The notes under the pieces are model-generated. The model did no database searches, was not told the DNA's origin, and was given only the letters and a program-made list of their open reading frames with translations. Positions 61,255 to 64,000 of a stretch of DNA of 64,000 nt are shown here, in pieces. The DNA comes from Vicugna vicugna (taxonomy: Eukaryota). The DNA lies in NCBI GenBank assembly GCA_013265495.1, contig MU059820.1, positions 3,198,948-3,262,947 of the forward strand. Reading direction: 5' to 3'. The number at the start of each line of letters is the position of its first letter. The first letter of the stretch is position 1. A program made the translations under genes and the position numbers.

Positions 61255-61470
61255 AAAATTTTTGAGCCTACTATGTGCCAAGCACTGTGGTTGAGGACCA
61301 GGACAAAGTCCCTACATGCATGGGTTTACACCCCAGTGAGGACAGGCAGGAGGCGGGAGAGAGAATGGAGGTAAACGAGTAAGCAGTGCCAGGAGGAATA
61401 AGATAATTTCTGGTCGTGGTAAGTGTCATGAGAGACACAAGCCAGGTGATAGGATGAGAGCAACAGTAGG
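61255..61470 (-). mobile_element. L2 3' remnant
   Basis: 'ttttgagcctactatgtgccaagcactgtg...caaagtccctac' resembles the reverse L2 end. Confidence 0.65.
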
Positions 61471-61479
61471 GAAGGGGAC

Positions 61480-61534
61480 AATGAGGTGTCACCTCACACC
61501 AGTCAGGGTGGCCATCATTCAAAAGCCCACAAAT
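61480..61534 (+). mobile_element. L1 ORF2 fragment running into the gap
   Basis: Translates to MRCHLTPVRVAIIQK, matching L1 ORF2p MRYHLTPVRMAIIKK. Confidence 0.85.
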
Positions 61535-61701
61535 NNNNNNNNNNNNNNNNNNNNNNNNNNNNNNNNNNNNNNNNNNNNNNNNNNNNNNNNNNNNNNNNNN
61601 NNNNNNNNNNNNNNNNNNNNNNNNNNNNNNNNNNNNNNNNNNNNNNNNNNNNNNNNNNNNNNNNNNNNNNNNNNNNNNNNNNNNNNNNNNNNNNNNNNNN
61701 N
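61535..61701. other. Assembly gap (167 N)
   Basis: Run of N. Confidence 1.
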
Positions 61702-62199
61702 TTCTGTTTTGCTCACAAAGTGTTTCCTGTCCCTGGGGCATCCAAGGGGCCCGGAGGGTGTCCTGGGCGTGCAGCTGTGGCCCTCACCAGAGGGCCAGGG
61801 CAGGAGACCGGGGTGAATCATCAGCATCCTAAGAAAAGACTTAGGAAAGTACATCCCTGTTTAGCAAAATAGTAATAAGTAAAAGAATAAAAAAACAATT
61901 CAATCGGGGGAACCAGAGAGAGTAAACGAAAGGTTAACGTGAGTGACTTTAAGGTTTTCCCTTGCGCTTGCCTCTGCTCTCTAAAATTTCCCCCAGCGAC
62001 ATAAATTATTCTTTACAAAAGAAAAATCAATAAAATGCTACCTTTAAGGGGAAAATGTGTAGTAGTCAGTGAAAAGGAGGGGTTAGCGTTGAAAAATGAG
62101 GCCGATGTCATAGGTGTGAAAGGCCACAGGGAGCCCCACCGCCGTCCCCTGGCCTCGCCCGCCAAGGGCAGTATTCGCTGCTGGCTCCCACTTTTGGCT

Positions 62200-62265
62200 A
62201 CACACACACACGCACACGCGCACACACACACACACGCACGCACACACGCACACGCACACACACAC
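62200..62265. repeat. Compound (CA)n/(CG) alternating purine-pyrimidine repeat
   Basis: acacacacacacgcacacgcgcacacacacacacacgcacgcacacacgcacacgcacacacacac. Confidence 0.95.
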
Positions 62266-62494
62266 GGTGGGTCTCTTCAGATAATGTTTGTTTCCTGGAA
62301 GATTACGCCCCATGGAATGCTGATGCCCCCACAACCTAGACCCACACCCCCACCACCATCCCAGTTCCTCCATTCCTTCGATTTTCACCAGGATAAATTA
62401 GGCACTGTCTGTGCTCGTGGCAGGCCCAGGGGTGAAGACGGAGACGTGCCTCTTCTGCCTGCCCGTCCTGTTCTCTCTTCACCTTCACAGCCAA

Positions 62495-62590
62495 CTAAGT
62501 ATTGCTCTCATTTGCAGTTTAGAAACCGAGACTCGGATATATCAAGTAATTTGCCCCAAGTCACAGAGCCAGTGAGCAGCCGGGCGGAAT
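62495..62590 (-). mobile_element. MIR SINE remnant
   Basis: 'ctcatttgcagtttagaaaccgagactcggatatatcaagtaatttgccccaagtcacagagccagtgag'. Confidence 0.65.
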
Positions 62591-64000
62591 CTGTGCTGCC
62601 GCCTCCGGGCTGCAAAGCCACTGAAATACAGCAGGGGGACTGGCAGGGCGGGCTCGGGAGGGGCGCTTCCTGGTTCGAGTTCCAGTCCTGTCCCTCCTGA
62701 GCGGTGTGACCCGGGGAAAGGCACTAACATCCCCCCAGGCCTCCTTCTGTGAGGCGGTGTCCACCGCACTGAGCTGCCGGAAGAGCAGGACCGGGAATCA
62801 CGGAAGGAGCCGAGGACCCGCAAGGGTCTCGCCGTTGTTGTCACTAACCTCCCCGGCTGGGCCGGGGCCCCAGCCCTGGGAGGCTTTGGGGCACCAGCTT
62901 CCTCAGCGAGCCTCCCACGTGGTGTCTCTCTCAGTAAAGAGGGTGAGAAGATTACAAATTAAAGGTCAGTTAACATCAAGTTCTTTTCCGCTCCTGGTCT
63001 TCCTGCCCTGCCTAGAATATTTCTCATGCTCTGAGCGCTTGGAAACTTCCAAATGGATTCTTTTTGGCAAGTACTGATAAGCCCCAGTATGAGCTCTGGG
63101 CAGTCAGTCCTAGAACCTCACTGAGTCTGACAAAGTGCCTTTTATGTCATGGAGTCACTTAGAATCTAGTTACGGAGACAAGAAACCTGTTGATGGAGGG
63201 TTAGAACTGCTTGAGGGGAAGGAGAGGGAAACACTCTCGAGAATGGATGGAGAAGGATGCAGCAAACTGCAAAGCCGGATGCTGTGCGGCGGGGAGGGGG
63301 GCGGGAGACGAAAAGGGGCATCTCTCTGGGAGTTAAGCCCTCACTGCGCTCTGGCAATTAGGCTCCAGCTCGTTCCAGTGGTTTGCCAGGCTGAAGCATG
63401 GCGTGACGTTGGCAAGTTCAGCCCACTGGGAGGCACAGCCGTCCGGTGGCGAAGGAGCATTGCTCGCCCCGCCGCAGCCCAGGCAAACACGTGCGGGAAG
63501 GCAACTTATGCTTGAAAGGCAGCTTGGCCAGCTTGAAATCGCAGCTGCTGGAGTGAGTCAGGGGAACCTAATAGCTGTGGTCATCAGATGAGGAATCTGA
63601 TGCCCTTTTCTCCCCATAGGGGCTTCCCTGTGGCCCAGACCCCACACTTAACACTGTGCGCTGGGCGCCGTCTCCCTGGGAGGCGCTGCCAGTGTATCGT
63701 CAATCTGTGGACCTGATGTTACACTTCCCCAAGGGTGGTAGATTTCAGGATACAAGTGAATGGTAAAATCAATCTCATTGTAAACATTTTTAACTGAATA
63801 GCCAAAAATGATTAGAGAACTCACCCACATCGGGGGTGTAAAGAGGTCAGGCTTGGGAGAAGGAAGGTTTGTGAGAAGGATTTCCTTGGAGAAATTACAA
63901 GACATCCCTGTGGGGGTGGTATGTGGAAGTGTGCCTCCTTCTTCAGTTCAAACTGGGAGACCTGTTTCTGTAGGATGAGTTGGAGACCATGCTCTGTGCG

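Noticed and set aside
22685-61872. Long ORFs containing X runs (around 23.0-23.7, 34.9-35.4, 41.0-41.3 and 61.3-61.9 kb)
   Set aside because: Artefacts of translating through N gaps.
1-64000. CRISPR array, prokaryotic or viral gene system, intact transposase/RT ORF, miRNA hairpin
   Set aside because: No regularly spaced repeat-spacer array, no long ORF with recognisable enzyme motifs, and no convincing long stem-loop outside MITE inverted repeats was found by eye. A folding or Rfam search would be needed to exclude small ncRNAs.

Overview
Mammalian genomic DNA from a draft assembly with four N-gaps (23098-23565, 35148-35311, 41091-41225, 61535-61701). The tRNA-derived SINEs and the L1 3' UTR style point to a cetartiodactyl, most likely a camelid (inference from remembered consensus sequences, not a search). 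No protein-coding exon of a known family could be recognised, and the supplied ORFs look like chance ORFs, GC-rich artefacts or repeat fragments. The main structure is a CpG-island promoter at about 21.4-23.1 kb that appears to drive a minus-strand Pol II gene running leftwards out of the window. It has two candidate first exons (donors at 22974 and 21864) and candidate internal leader exons (19882-19786, 12354-12278, and one starting at 10913). I could not name the gene. Upstream, 28-38 kb holds an orphan CpG patch, CpG-retaining AT-rich enhancer-like blocks and CTCF-like motifs. The rest is interspersed repeats (L1, L2, MIR, MLT1, LTR16-like, an ERV solo LTR, MER33, MER58, MER5A, a Tigger1 derivative, a CR1/L3 remnant), most densely stacked at 52-62 kb. 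The most interesting lead is a spliced small ORF (46 or 73 aa) across the predicted leader exons, alongside a Met-Gly-stop uORF in a perfect Kozak context. No CRISPR array, prokaryotic system or intact mobile-element ORF was seen. Repeat family names come from recalled consensus motifs, and old-repeat boundaries are approximate.
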